Shown: positions 10,131 to 20,494, counted from the stretch's first letter. The stretch is 64,000 nt of DNA from Firmicutes bacterium UBA3943 (GCA_002385625.1 DGDV01000039.1:124851-188850); one strand, 5' to 3'. The notes: generated from the sequence alone by a model not told the origin. Program-made: numbers and translations.

Positions 10131-11804
10131 GTGGCGGGCTTGTCCCCCTGGCAAAGGTTTTTTAAGAAACCCATGCGGGTAAAGGAACTAATCAAGAAGC
10201 GCCGTACGGAGAAGAATAAGGAGGACAAAAACAACAAAAAAGAGACCTGGCAAGAGCTCTCGCCGGAACTCGCCCTTAATGTTAAATATCTGAAGGACAC
10301 CCTTGGTCAAAGTGATGATGTGATCTTCCGGGAATATACCGTTCAACTGGGCCGGCCCCTGCAAATTATGTTAATTTTCATTGATGGGATGAGTTCGAAA
10401 GAGATTATTAATAAGTATATCTTGGAAGCTTTGACCTTGGATTCCGACATGAAAGCGGAGTGGGAGCGCAAGTTTGGCGAGGAAGATTTGGTCCTTGCCG
10501 TGCGCGACCGGTTGTTGACCATCGATGAAGTGAAAGTGGTCACCACATATCCGGAGATCATGGCTGCCGTCTTGTCAGGGGAAACAGCTATTCTGTTTGA
10601 GGGTGAAGCCCAGGCCATTATCGCCAATACCCGGGGCTGGGAGCACCGGGGGATCGATGAGCCCCAGACCGAAAGTGTGGTTCGTGGACCTAGGGTTGGC
10701 TTCAATGAGGTGCTAAAAAGCAACACGGCCCAGATTCGGCGCTGGATCCGCGATCCCAACCTCAGGATTAAAAATTTGCAGTTGGGAACCCGTACTAAGA
10801 CCGACATTTCCATCTGCTATATTCATGGTATTGCTAACCCCAAGATCGTCGATGAAGTAAAACAGCGTTTGGAACGGATTGAGATTGATGGCATCCTGGA
10901 GAGTTCTTACCTGGAGGAGATGATCGAGGATTCGGTATTGTCCGTGTTTCCGACGGTTCAAAGCACCGAGCGAGCGGACCGGGTGGCGGCCGGGCTCTTG
11001 GAAGGCCGGGTGGCCATTGTCACAGATAATACTCCCTTTGTGTTGCTGGTTCCTGTAACATTTTGGCAACTATACTATGCGGCGGAGGACTATTACCAGC
11101 GCTGGCCCCTGGCCACATTGCTTAGAGCCATCCGCTTTCTGGCCTTTTTCTTCTCCCTCTATCTGCCGGCGCTATATATTGCCTTAGCCTCCCACAGTCC
11201 GGAGCTAATCCCCTTTAAACTGGCGGTAGCCATCGCCGGGACCCGGGAGGGGGTGCCGTTTCCCGTCTTTTTTGAGGCGCTAATCATGGAGGTGGCCATT
11301 GAGATCATCCGGGAGGCGTCGGCCAGGCTCCCGGGATCGCTGGGGCAGACCATCGGGATTGTGGGCGGTTTTATCCTGGGGGATGCGGCGGTCCGGGCCG
11401 GTCTGATCTCGCCCATGATCACCATTATTGTGGCCTTGACCGCCATTAGTTCTTTTACTGCTCCCAGTTATGCCGTGGCTGTCTCCAACCGTTTACTGCG
11501 CTTTCCGTTGATGGTCATTGCGTTAATCGGCGGGCTTTACGGTCTTTCCATCGCGTCGATCTTCATTATTATTCACCTGGCCTCTATCCGTTCCTTCGGC
11601 ACGCCTTACCTTGCGCCAGTCACCCCGTTTCGGGCCCGGGACATGAAAGATACTTTCTTCCGGGTTCCGTGGTGGGCCATGGCCGACCGGCCGGGCATGT
11701 ACCGTCCCTTGGACCGGATGCGTCTTAAGGGTCCGGCTTCTTGGTGGTCAAGGCTGCTGAACCCGTCACAACGGGGAGAACTGAAAGGAGGCGAAGGGGA
11801 ATGA
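10131..11804 (+). CDS. gerKA: Spore germination receptor A subunit (GerKA/GerAA family)
   Basis: EPQTESVVRGPR.GF.E, STERADRV, REGVPFP, EIIREASARLP, GQTIGIVGG, SFGTPYLAP. Confidence 0.92.
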   Translation: MAGLSPWQRFFKKPMRVKELIKKRRTEKNKEDKNNKKETWQELSPELALNVKYLKDTLGQSDDVIFREYTVQLGRPLQIMLIFIDGMSSKEIINKYILEALTLDSDMKAEWERKFGEEDLVLAVRDRLLTIDEVKVVTTYPEIMAAVLSGETAILFEGEAQAIIANTRGWEHRGIDEPQTESVVRGPRVGFNEVLKSNTAQIRRWIRDPNLRIKNLQLGTRTKTDISICYIHGIANPKIVDEVKQRLERIEIDGILESSYLEEMIEDSVLSVFPTVQSTERADRVAAGLLEGRVAIVTDNTPFVLLVPVTFWQLYYAAEDYYQRWPLATLLRAIRFLAFFFSLYLPALYIALASHSPELIPFKLAVAIAGTREGVPFPVFFEALIMEVAIEIIREASARLPGSLGQTIGIVGGFILGDAAVRAGLISPMITIIVALTAISSFTAPSYAVAVSNRLLRFPLMVIALIGGLYGLSIASIFIIIHLASIRSFGTPYLAPVTPFRARDMKDTFFRVPWWAMADRPGMYRPLDRMRLKGPASWWSRLLNPSQRGELKGGEGE

Positions 11805-12922
11805 GCCGGCGGGTCCTCTCCGCGAAACAGGTTGGCCGGTTAGTAGTGGGACATACGGTGGGTGCTGCCATCTTAACCCTGCCCAATGTTGCTGTGCGGG
11901 CCTTTGGGAGCAGCGCGTGGTGGGTTTTATTCGTCTTGGGATTGTTTTTCACCGTTGGCGCTTGGTTCACCGCCGTGTTGGTGGGGCGATTCCCCGAGGA
12001 GACCCTGGTGGAGTTCGCCCCCAAACTCCTGGGCCGGCCGTTGGGGTTTATCCTGAATTTACTGCTCATTCTTATGCTGCTCAGCATAGTCCCCATCGAA
12101 GTTAGGGCGATGTTGGAGATAACAAATATTTCTATTTTGCCCCTTGGCCCGGCCTGGTTCATCTCGGGTATTTTCCTGTTGGCCGTGGCTTATGGTGTAT
12201 CCAAGGGGCTGGATACCTTTGCGCAGGTGAATGAAATTCTCATCGGTTTGGCCCTGATTATCGGAGCAACCGTGGTGGTGTTAGGCTGGCAGAATTTTGA
12301 CAGCATTCATCTGTACCCCTTGTTTCATCCGAAGGATTTCCGGTGGCAACCAATGCTTTTGATCGGGCTGTCCATGGCCTTTTTCGGGTATCCCATCATC
12401 TACTATCTTGCACCTTTCCTCAAAGATCCGGATCGGCTTGTTGGTTCCGCCACACGGTCCATGTTCTTTATTACGCTGCTCTTCAGCTTCTTCACCCTGA
12501 CGATACAGGGGGTGTTCGGTGATAAAGAAACATTGAATCAGAGCTGGCCGGCCTTGGAGTTAGCGAAATCCATTCATTTACCAGGTATTTTCATTGAACG
12601 GATGGATTTGGTCTTGATTTTAGCCTGGATTCCGGCGATCTATACGACCGCCAGCGCCTCTATGTTCTTTGGTATCTTGGCCCTGGTGCGTTTGTTTAAG
12701 CTGAGATCAACCTCCCTGGTTATCTGGGGGTTGGCCGCCATTTTTTACTGGCTCTCAGGGTTGTTGACCAACTACTTTGAGTGGACCAAATGGAGCGGTT
12801 ACTTGGGCTTTCTTGGTCTGTTCATTAGTATTCTCCTCCCGCTGGTCCTCTGGTTGGCCTACCTTATGCGGCCCGGCGCCGATCAGGCAGAGCCGAAGGG
12901 TGAGGGGGGAACAGCCCGTTGA
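11801..12922 (+). CDS. gerKB: Spore germination receptor B subunit (APC transporter-like)
   Basis: About 10 TM segments, VGAAILTLP, FIERMD. Lies between the A and C subunits with overlapping start/stop codons. Confidence 0.85.
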   Translation: MSRRVLSAKQVGRLVVGHTVGAAILTLPNVAVRAFGSSAWWVLFVLGLFFTVGAWFTAVLVGRFPEETLVEFAPKLLGRPLGFILNLLLILMLLSIVPIEVRAMLEITNISILPLGPAWFISGIFLLAVAYGVSKGLDTFAQVNEILIGLALIIGATVVVLGWQNFDSIHLYPLFHPKDFRWQPMLLIGLSMAFFGYPIIYYLAPFLKDPDRLVGSATRSMFFITLLFSFFTLTIQGVFGDKETLNQSWPALELAKSIHLPGIFIERMDLVLILAWIPAIYTTASASMFFGILALVRLFKLRSTSLVIWGLAAIFYWLSGLLTNYFEWTKWSGYLGFLGLFISILLPLVLWLAYLMRPGADQAEPKGEGGTAR

Positions 12923-14037
12923 GACGCAGGTGGTTGTTGGCCCTTTTGGGGATGGTAGTACTGTGCGGGGGGTGTTTTGGCTCCCGCGATCTGGACCAAC
13001 GCGCCTTTATCATGGCCATCGCCTTTGATCCGGCGGAGGAGGGCAAAGAAGGCTATAAGGTGACGGTGCAAATTCCAGTCCCGGCCCGGATGAGTCCGGA
13101 GGGAGGGGGCAGCGGGAAGACCTTTCATACCACTAGTGTTACTGCAACAACTGTTGGAGCGGCTATGATTCAATTGCAACGCCGGATCGACCGGGAGCTC
13201 TTCATCGGCCATACCCGGCAATTATTGTTCAGTGACCAACTGGCTAAGACCAAAGGTATCGAAGATATTCTAGATTTCTTCAAACGGGATTTCCGTTTTC
13301 AACGGGTGGCCGATTTGGCGGTGGTCCAGGGAGAAGCCGGCAAAGTCTTGGAGATGCAACCGCCGTTGGAGCAGAATGCTGCCACCTACATTGAGAATGT
13401 TCTTGTCGAGACCTCGGGGAGTGGGTTTCATACTACTACTGACCTGGGGGAGTACCTGGTGATTGATGCGGATGAAGGGATTGAACCGGTCCTGCCCCGC
13501 CTGATGCTCAAGGAGAAAGAGCTTATTACTGGCGGCGCCGCCATTTTGTGCGGCGGGAAATTGGTGGGCTGGTTGACGCCAGCGGAGGCTCTGGCCTATA
13601 CCATCTTAAGGAACGAATTTCGTTTTAGCCGGTATGTGGTGAATTTCCCTGGCCGTCCGGGGGAGAAGGTGACGGTTAGGATCCGTAATGCCCGGTCCAA
13701 GCACAAGGTGGAGATAGTCGGTGGCAAGCTGCATGTCTTAACAAAGATTACCGGCGGCTTTGAAGCACTGGAGTTTATCGGGAACGGCGGGCCATCGGAA
13801 TGGCTCATTCCCCGGTTGGAACAGGAAGTTTCCGAAAAAGTGGCGGAAGGAATCCGGGCGGCGCTCCGAAAATCCCAGGCCTTAAATGCTGACATTGTAG
13901 GCTACGGGAGGATGCTGCGGGCCAAGTATCCTGAGTATTGGGATCAAGTGGATTGGACTAAAGTATATCCGCGACTCAAGATTAAAGTGGCGGTGGATAT
14001 CCAATGGACACAAACCATTCGCCGGCCGGGGAGGTGA
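12919..14037 (+). CDS. gerKC: Spore germination receptor C subunit lipoprotein
   Basis: Lipobox-like LCGGC followed by RDLDQRAFIMAIAFD. Also GH.RQLLFS and ADIVGYG. Confidence 0.9.
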   Translation: MRRRWLLALLGMVVLCGGCFGSRDLDQRAFIMAIAFDPAEEGKEGYKVTVQIPVPARMSPEGGGSGKTFHTTSVTATTVGAAMIQLQRRIDRELFIGHTRQLLFSDQLAKTKGIEDILDFFKRDFRFQRVADLAVVQGEAGKVLEMQPPLEQNAATYIENVLVETSGSGFHTTTDLGEYLVIDADEGIEPVLPRLMLKEKELITGGAAILCGGKLVGWLTPAEALAYTILRNEFRFSRYVVNFPGRPGEKVTVRIRNARSKHKVEIVGGKLHVLTKITGGFEALEFIGNGGPSEWLIPRLEQEVSEKVAEGIRAALRKSQALNADIVGYGRMLRAKYPEYWDQVDWTKVYPRLKIKVAVDIQWTQTIRRPGR

Positions 14038-14038
14038 G

Positions 14039-14923
14039 GTGGGACTGGCTCTCTTTTGGCAGATGGTCCGAGGACCGATTTTGGTGTTATCGCTCCTGCC
14101 GGCGCTGGCCGGGGGCGCATTGGCCTGGGCTGGCGGCAGATGGCGGCCTCTGGCTTTGCCGGTGACTGTCGTGAGCATCTTGCTGCTGCATGCCGGAGCT
14201 AATCTTTGGAATGATTTTCAAGACCACCGGCATGGTACCGACTGGCTGACGACGCCAACGCCCTTCAGTGGAGGAAGCAGAGTCATTCAAGAGGGCAAAC
14301 TCTCGCCCGCCGCTGTCCGCCGGTGGGGGATGGCTGGGTTGGTGGCCGGTGGCCTGTTATGCGCCGGGGTTTGTTTGGCCACGGACCCGCGGGGATTCTG
14401 GTTTTTAGGCGGCGGTTTGCTGGCGGCCTGGGGCTATTCGGCGCCTCCTTTGCGCTGGTGTGGGCGGGGCTTGGGTGAGTTGGCCGTTGGCTTGGCCTTC
14501 GGCCCGCTGTTGACGGGGGGTGTGTATGTTACGCAAACCGGTGCCCTGGGGGCTCCGGTCTGGTTTGTCGGTACCGCCTTGGGCTTATTGGTCATGGATA
14601 TCCTGTGCCTCAATGAGATCCCCGATTGCCATGCCGACCGCCTTACGGCGAAACGGACCTGGGCGGTGCGGCGGCTGGCTTGGCTGGAAAGGGCTGTTAT
14701 TTTGCTCTTGGGCTTGGCATTTTTGACCGTGGTAGCGGGGGTATTCCTTGGTCAATTGCCGCAATTAACCTTGTCGGTCCTGCTGCTTGTGCCCCTGGCG
14801 CTGCGGATAAGCAGGGGAATTCCCTGGATTAGGCAGGGCGATTTGGCGGCAAATCGGCAGTTAACTTCCTTCTTTATTTCTTTTGCCGGTTTGTTGCTGT
14901 TGGGGATTGCGCTGGGGAGGTGA
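14039..14923 (+). CDS. menA: UbiA-superfamily prenyltransferase, MenA-like
   Basis: NLWNDFQDHRHGTD, PFSGGSRVI, YSAPPLR, GLGEL, NEIPDCHAD...KRT; multiple TM segments. Confidence 0.7.
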   Translation: MGLALFWQMVRGPILVLSLLPALAGGALAWAGGRWRPLALPVTVVSILLLHAGANLWNDFQDHRHGTDWLTTPTPFSGGSRVIQEGKLSPAAVRRWGMAGLVAGGLLCAGVCLATDPRGFWFLGGGLLAAWGYSAPPLRWCGRGLGELAVGLAFGPLLTGGVYVTQTGALGAPVWFVGTALGLLVMDILCLNEIPDCHADRLTAKRTWAVRRLAWLERAVILLLGLAFLTVVAGVFLGQLPQLTLSVLLLVPLALRISRGIPWIRQGDLAANRQLTSFFISFAGLLLLGIALGR

Positions 14924-15879
14924 TTACGGTAGAAAGCAAACATTACTGCCGGGAGAATGTGGAGTGGGTTCAGCAACAGTTGAAAAGGCATCTGGCAGAG
15001 CAGCCCGGGGTGGGAAGCTATCTGGAAGCCATCGCTAACCGGCCGGGCAAGCTGCTCCGCGCCCGCCTTTTTTTTAGCGCGGCCCGGCCTGACCGGCTAA
15101 CGGCGGCGGCCCTCCGGATTCCCGTGGGATTGGAATTGCTCCATCTGGCTAGTTTACTCCATGATGACCTGATGGACAGGACGGCTTTTCGCCGTGGCGT
15201 GCCGTCCCTTTGGCGGAATAGCGGTTGTGTGGCAGCATTGCTCTGCGGAGACTATCTTTTTGCCCAAGCTTTTAAGGAGATTGCCCTGGCAGGGTTGCCT
15301 GCCGGAGTACCCTTAATGGGCACGCTGGTGGCCGGGATGGCCCGGGCGGAGTTGGAGCAAGACGCCCATCTGTTTGATCCCGGGGTCACCGTCCTACAGT
15401 ACCTGCGGCGCATCCGGCTTAAGACCGCCCGGTTTTTTGGCGTGGCCGCAGTCCTCGGCGGGTTGGTCTCCGGTACATCCCCCTTTTTGTTACGGCGTTT
15501 ATACCGGTTTGGGGTGGATTTGGGTCTGGCTTTTCAAATGGCCGATGACCTGCGGGATATGTTTACCTTGGATGGCGGGGACCTGGCCAAGGGCATCCTG
15601 AGCCTACCCATTCTCCTCTTAATACGGGAGAAACGGCAAGGTCTGGTTTTGGTGACTCGGATCTGCCGGTTGCGTCGCTTAAGGGCTGATGAATTATATG
15701 GCCTGAAGTGTTTATTAGCTGAGTCGGAAAGCCTGCGTCGCGTGGAGAGGGAGATCAGGGCCTATTTACACCGGGCCAGGCAATTGGCTCAGGCCATGGG
15801 GGAGGAGAGATTATTCCGTTTTTATGAGGAGTTGCACCAAAACCTGACTGCCTCCATGCAACAGGGGGCTTCAATCTAA
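14920..15879 (+). CDS. Polyprenyl diphosphate synthase (HepT/IspB-like)
   Basis: GKLLR, FARM LLHDDLMD...RRG, GDYLF, KTA, SARM FQMADDLRD. Confidence 0.85.
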   Translation: MITVESKHYCRENVEWVQQQLKRHLAEQPGVGSYLEAIANRPGKLLRARLFFSAARPDRLTAAALRIPVGLELLHLASLLHDDLMDRTAFRRGVPSLWRNSGCVAALLCGDYLFAQAFKEIALAGLPAGVPLMGTLVAGMARAELEQDAHLFDPGVTVLQYLRRIRLKTARFFGVAAVLGGLVSGTSPFLLRRLYRFGVDLGLAFQMADDLRDMFTLDGGDLAKGILSLPILLLIREKRQGLVLVTRICRLRRLRADELYGLKCLLAESESLRRVEREIRAYLHRARQLAQAMGEERLFRFYEELHQNLTASMQQGASI

Positions 15880-15979
15880 AAAAGACGGTTTTAGCATCGT
15901 TTTCCTGCAGGAAATGGCAGAGCATTTGCGAATACCATTTGAAAATAATTGGATAACCAAAAACATATTGGGGTGGATC

Positions 15980-17161
15980 ATGCTGTCTTTACGTTGGGTA
16001 TTGAAGACCGGATTAATTGTACTTATTGCCGTTATGGTCGGGGCCGGGCCTGTTTGGGCTAGCAACGCGCCGGTGGTAGACGGGTTGGCGGCGGTGCTGA
16101 TGGATGTGGAGACCGGTGAGGTACTGTACGCCAAGAACCCCCATCTGCGCTGCCCACCGGCGAGCACCACCAAGATCGTCACGGCGCTTTTGGCCTTGGA
16201 GAGGGGCGAACTTGATCGTGTGGTGACTGTGAGCCTGACTGCCGCTGAGCAGGAGGGTTCTTCCGTTTGGTTAATGCCGGGAGAGGAGCAACGCTTGCGG
16301 GATCTGATTTATGGTTTGATGCTAGGCTCCGGGAATGATGCGGCTACTGCCATTGCCGAAACCCTGGCCGGGTCGGAGAAGAAGTTTGCGGTGGAAATGA
16401 CAAAACTGGCCCGGCGTTTGGGCGCGAAGAACACCCGATTTCGCAACGCCAGCGGCCTCCCGGCCGCGGGACACTATACCACTGCTTATGACCTGGCCTT
16501 GATCACTTGCCATGCCTTGAAAAATCCGGAATTTGCCATGATTGTGCAGACGCGCAACTACACACTGCCCGGTAACAGGCTGCAAAAGGAACGGTTGCTT
16601 TATAACCACAACAAGCTGTTGTGGCGTTATGAGTATGCTGACGGTGTCAAGACCGGTTATACCCGGCAGGCGGGGAGTTGCCTGGTGGCCTCGGCCACGA
16701 AGGATGGCCACCGTCTGGTGTCGGTGGTTTTTCGCAGCAAGCACATGTACGATGATAGCCAGGCGCTGCTGGAATATGGTTTTGACGAGTTTCGCCTGGT
16801 TAAACTGACCGGGGAAATGTTTCGGGAGACCGCCCCGGTTCAGGCGGGTGTTACGCCTAGTGTGGCAGCCATTCCCGGACGGGATATCATGGCGGTTGTC
16901 CCTGCGGATGCTGTGGGGAAAGTCCGGGTGAAAACTATGTTTAAGCCGGAGGTTGAGGCGCCCGTTACCTGTTTGGAGGAAGTGGGTCAGGTCCAACTTT
17001 ATCTTGGGGACAAGCTGCTTGATGCCGTTCCTTTACTAGCGGCCGAGGCGGTACCGCGCAGAACCTTCCTGTTTAATGTGATAAGTTGGTTTAGACGGTT
17101 ATTCGTCGATAAAAGCCGCTACATTCAACGTTTCTTTCGGGCGGGTTCGCGCCTGGGTTAG
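15980..17161 (+). CDS. D-alanyl-D-alanine carboxypeptidase (peptidase S11, DacB/DacF-like)
   Basis: SxxK (ASTTK), SxN (SGND) and KTG motifs, signal peptide, PBP5 C-terminal domain. A sigma-H-like GCAGGAAATG-N11-GCGAAT lies at ~15907-15933. Confidence 0.92.
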   Translation: MLSLRWVLKTGLIVLIAVMVGAGPVWASNAPVVDGLAAVLMDVETGEVLYAKNPHLRCPPASTTKIVTALLALERGELDRVVTVSLTAAEQEGSSVWLMPGEEQRLRDLIYGLMLGSGNDAATAIAETLAGSEKKFAVEMTKLARRLGAKNTRFRNASGLPAAGHYTTAYDLALITCHALKNPEFAMIVQTRNYTLPGNRLQKERLLYNHNKLLWRYEYADGVKTGYTRQAGSCLVASATKDGHRLVSVVFRSKHMYDDSQALLEYGFDEFRLVKLTGEMFRETAPVQAGVTPSVAAIPGRDIMAVVPADAVGKVRVKTMFKPEVEAPVTCLEEVGQVQLYLGDKLLDAVPLLAAEAVPRRTFLFNVISWFRRLFVDKSRYIQRFFRAGSRLG

Positions 17162-17258
17162 TTGGGTGAAGTAGGCAGTGGACCGGCAAGGGTAGCGAGA
17201 AACGAATTTGCAGGTTTTTAGGGGACCTCCCGCGAACTGATCAGCGGGAGGTTTTTTC

Positions 17259-20200
17259 ATGGCGGAAATGGTTCATCTGCATGTACACACCCAATATTCC
17301 CTGCTGGATGGAGCGGCGCCCATTGAGCAGCTGGCTACTGCAGCCCAAAGCATGGGGATGAAAGCCATGGCCATTACCGACCATGGCGTGATGTACGGTG
17401 TGCTTAAATTTTACCAGGCCATGGCGAAGGCGGGCATAAAGCCGATCTTGGGTTGTGAGGTCTATGTGGCGCGCCGATCCCGCCATGACCGGGTGGCCAA
17501 GGTGGATGATGATCCCTTCCATTTGGTGCTGTTGGCCCAGAATGCCGCCGGTTACGTGAATTTGATGCGGCTGGTCTCCGCTGCTCATTTAGAGGGTTTC
17601 TACTACCGGCCCCGGGTGGACCGGGAGTTGCTGGCGGCCCATAATGAAGGGTTGATCGCCTTGTCGGCTTGTTTATCGGGGGAGGTGGCCTCCGCCTTGC
17701 TGGCCGGGAGGAACGAGGCGGCGCAAGCGGCCGCCGCTTGGTACGGTGAGGTTTTTAAAGATCGTTTTTATCTTGAACTTCAGGACCAGGGCCTGGCCGA
17801 CCAGCGGAAGGTCAACCGGGGCCTGTTGGAACTGGCCAAGAGTCTTGGCTTACCCGTGGTGGCCACTAATGATGTCCATTATTTGAAGCGGGAAGACGCC
17901 CGGATTCATGATGTCCTGTTGTGCATCCAGACGGGCAAGACCATCAATGATCCCGACCGGATGCGTTTTCCCACTGATGCCTTTTATCTACGGAGCGCCG
18001 AGGAGATGCGCCGGGTCTTTGCGGATCTCCCGGAGGCCCTGGCCAACACCTTGGCTGTGGCGGAACAGTGTGACCTTAGGTTGGAACTGGACCGGCACAT
18101 CCTGCCGGAGTACAAGACTCCCCATGGCGAGCGGCCCGAAGAATACTTGCGGGAACTCTGCCTGCAGGCCTTGGCGGAGAAATATGGGGAAAACAGCGCG
18201 GCCCGGGAACGGTTGGAATATGAACTGAAGGTCATTGGGGAGATGGGTTTTTCCGGCTATTTCCTGGTAGTCTGGGACCTGATCCGTTTTGCCCGGAGCC
18301 GGGGGATTATGGTGGGGCCGGGCCGGGGTTCGGCTGCCGGGAGTATTGTGGCCTACCTGCTAGGGATCACCCAACTGGATCCCCTGCGGCATGGGCTGTT
18401 GTTTGAGCGGTTCCTCAACCCGGAAAGGGTGACGATGCCCGATATTGACATGGACTTTTGTTATGAGCGGCGGGGCGAGGTCATTGCCTATATCCGGGAG
18501 AAGTACGGCGACGACCGGGTGGCCCAGATCGTGACCTTTGGGACCATGGCAGCGCGGGCGGCTGTGCGGGATGTGGGTCGGGTCATGGGCCTGCCCTACG
18601 GTGAGGTGGACCGCATTGCCAAGTTGATCCCCCATGAGTTAGGGATTACGCTGGATAATGCCTTGGCGGCTTCCCCCGAGCTGCAGCGGTTGGTGGGCGA
18701 AGAGCCACGGATAAAGAATTTGTGGGAGATTGCCCGGGCGGTGGAGGGGTTCCCGCGCCATGCTTCGACCCACGCGGCGGGCGTGGTGATTGCTCCCCGG
18801 CCCCTCACGGAGTATCTGCCTTTGACCAGGTCTGCTGAGGGTGAGGTTGCCACTCAGCTGCCGATGGAGGATATTGAGGCCATTGGATTGTTGAAGATGG
18901 ATTTTTTGGGCTTGCGCACCCTGACGGTGATCCGGGATACTCTCCGGCTGGTGAAGGAGGAGACGGGGGAGGAAGTGGACCTGGCGCAGATTCCTTGGCG
19001 GGATGCGCTGACTGCTGAGTTGTTGCAGAAGGGATATACCGCCGGGGTTTTCCAGTTGGAGAGCGGGGGCATGCGGCGGTTGTTGATGCAGCTTCGGCCC
19101 GAGGGGTTTGAGGACCTTGTCCCGCTGGTGGCCTTGTACCGCCCCGGGCCTTTAGGCAGTGGCATGGTGGAGGACTTCATCCGCAGCCGCCACGGGGAGC
19201 GGCCGGTGGTTTACCCTCATCCGATGCTCGAGCCCATCCTGCGGGAGACATATGGGATCATCCTTTACCAGGAGCAGGTGATGCAAATCTGCAACCGGAT
19301 GGGTGGATTCTCCCTGGGTGAAGCGGATCTGGTCCGGCGGGCCATGGGCAAGAAAAAACCGGAGGTGCTGGCCTCCATGCGCCAGAAGTTTGTAGAAGGC
19401 GCGGTGGCCCAGGGGGTGGATCCGGCCAAGGCCATGGAGATCTTTGATCTGATGGAGTTTTTTGCGGGCTACGGGTTTAACAAGTCCCATTCCGCCGCCT
19501 ACGCCTGGGTGGTGTACCAGACGGCTTATCTGAAAGCCCATTATCCCCGGGAGTATATGGCGGCGTTGTTGACCAGTGTGATGGGGGCGTCGGATAAGAT
19601 CACCATGTATATTGAAGAGTGCCGGCGGATGGGCTTGGCGATCCTGCCGCCGGATGTGAACTATAGTTATGCGGATTTTCGGCCGGAAGGGGCGGGGATC
19701 CGCTTTGGGCTGCTGGCAGTGAAGAATCTGGGGGAAGGGGCCATTGCCGCAGTGCTGGCGGAGCGGGCCAAGCGCGGGCCCTTCCGGTCCTTGTATGATT
19801 TTTGCACCCGCCTGGATACTGGGTTGTTGAACCGGCGGGTGATCGAGAGTATGGTCCGGGCGGGGGTCTTTGGGTCGACGGGGAAGACGCGCCGGCAGAT
19901 GCTGGAGGTGTTGGACGAGGCCTGCGACCGGATGCGCCGCACGGGCAGCGGCAATCGGGACCAGTTGTCCTTCTTTGACCTGGAGGAGTTGGGCTTTGTG
20001 CCGGCGGGCAGCGGGGAGCAGTGGCCGGACCTGCCGGAGTTTCCCCAAGCTACCCTTTTGGCGATGGAAAAGGAGTATCTGGGGGTTTATATCAGTGGGC
20101 ATCCCCTGGACCCCTGGCGGGAGCGTTTCCGGCAGAATCATGTGCTGCCGTTGGCGGAGTTGGAGGAGGAGACCGGCGACCGGGAGGTTATTGTGGGCGG

Positions 20201-20450
20201 GGTGGTGACCGGCTGGCGGCGGATGACGACGAAGGCCGGGAAGGCAATGGCCACCTTCCGCCTGGAGGACCTGACCGGTGCCATTGAGGTTTTGCTCTTT
20301 CCCAAACTCTATGAGACAGTGGGTGAGCTTCATAATGATGAGGTTGTCCTGGTGAAAGGCCGGCTTGATGTGGCGGAAGAGGCACGCAAACTTCTGGCCT
20401 CGCAGGTGCGGGTATTGGAGGAGAAGCGGGGAGCCGCCTTCCACGTATAA
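17259..20450 (+). CDS. dnaE: DNA polymerase III alpha subunit
   Basis: PHP domain HLHVHTQYSLLDG, GPGRGSAAGS, MPDIDMDF, YGFNKSHSAAY, C-terminal OB fold. Confidence 0.97.
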   Translation: MAEMVHLHVHTQYSLLDGAAPIEQLATAAQSMGMKAMAITDHGVMYGVLKFYQAMAKAGIKPILGCEVYVARRSRHDRVAKVDDDPFHLVLLAQNAAGYVNLMRLVSAAHLEGFYYRPRVDRELLAAHNEGLIALSACLSGEVASALLAGRNEAAQAAAAWYGEVFKDRFYLELQDQGLADQRKVNRGLLELAKSLGLPVVATNDVHYLKREDARIHDVLLCIQTGKTINDPDRMRFPTDAFYLRSAEEMRRVFADLPEALANTLAVAEQCDLRLELDRHILPEYKTPHGERPEEYLRELCLQALAEKYGENSAARERLEYELKVIGEMGFSGYFLVVWDLIRFARSRGIMVGPGRGSAAGSIVAYLLGITQLDPLRHGLLFERFLNPERVTMPDIDMDFCYERRGEVIAYIREKYGDDRVAQIVTFGTMAARAAVRDVGRVMGLPYGEVDRIAKLIPHELGITLDNALAASPELQRLVGEEPRIKNLWEIARAVEGFPRHASTHAAGVVIAPRPLTEYLPLTRSAEGEVATQLPMEDIEAIGLLKMDFLGLRTLTVIRDTLRLVKEETGEEVDLAQIPWRDALTAELLQKGYTAGVFQLESGGMRRLLMQLRPEGFEDLVPLVALYRPGPLGSGMVEDFIRSRHGERPVVYPHPMLEPILRETYGIILYQEQVMQICNRMGGFSLGEADLVRRAMGKKKPEVLASMRQKFVEGAVAQGVDPAKAMEIFDLMEFFAGYGFNKSHSAAYAWVVYQTAYLKAHYPREYMAALLTSVMGASDKITMYIEECRRMGLAILPPDVNYSYADFRPEGAGIRFGLLAVKNLGEGAIAAVLAERAKRGPFRSLYDFCTRLDTGLLNRRVIESMVRAGVFGSTGKTRRQMLEVLDEACDRMRRTGSGNRDQLSFFDLEELGFVPAGSGEQWPDLPEFPQATLLAMEKEYLGVYISGHPLDPWRERFRQNHVLPLAELEEETGDREVIVGGVVTGWRRMTTKAGKAMATFRLEDLTGAIEVLLFPKLYETVGELHNDEVVLVKGRLDVAEEARKLLASQVRVLEEKRGAAFHV

Positions 20451-20460
20451 TCAGATTTTC

Positions 20461-20489
20461 TTGACAGCTGTCATTCTAAGTGTTAACAT
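20461..20489 (+). promoter_or_regulatory. Sigma-A promoter of the rplU operon
   Basis: TTGACA-N17-TAACAT. Confidence 0.7.
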
Positions 20490-20494
20490 TGTAG

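Noticed and set aside
19152-20444. 430-aa ORF on the - strand
   Set aside because: Antisense shadow of GC-rich dnaE; no recognisable motifs or RBS.
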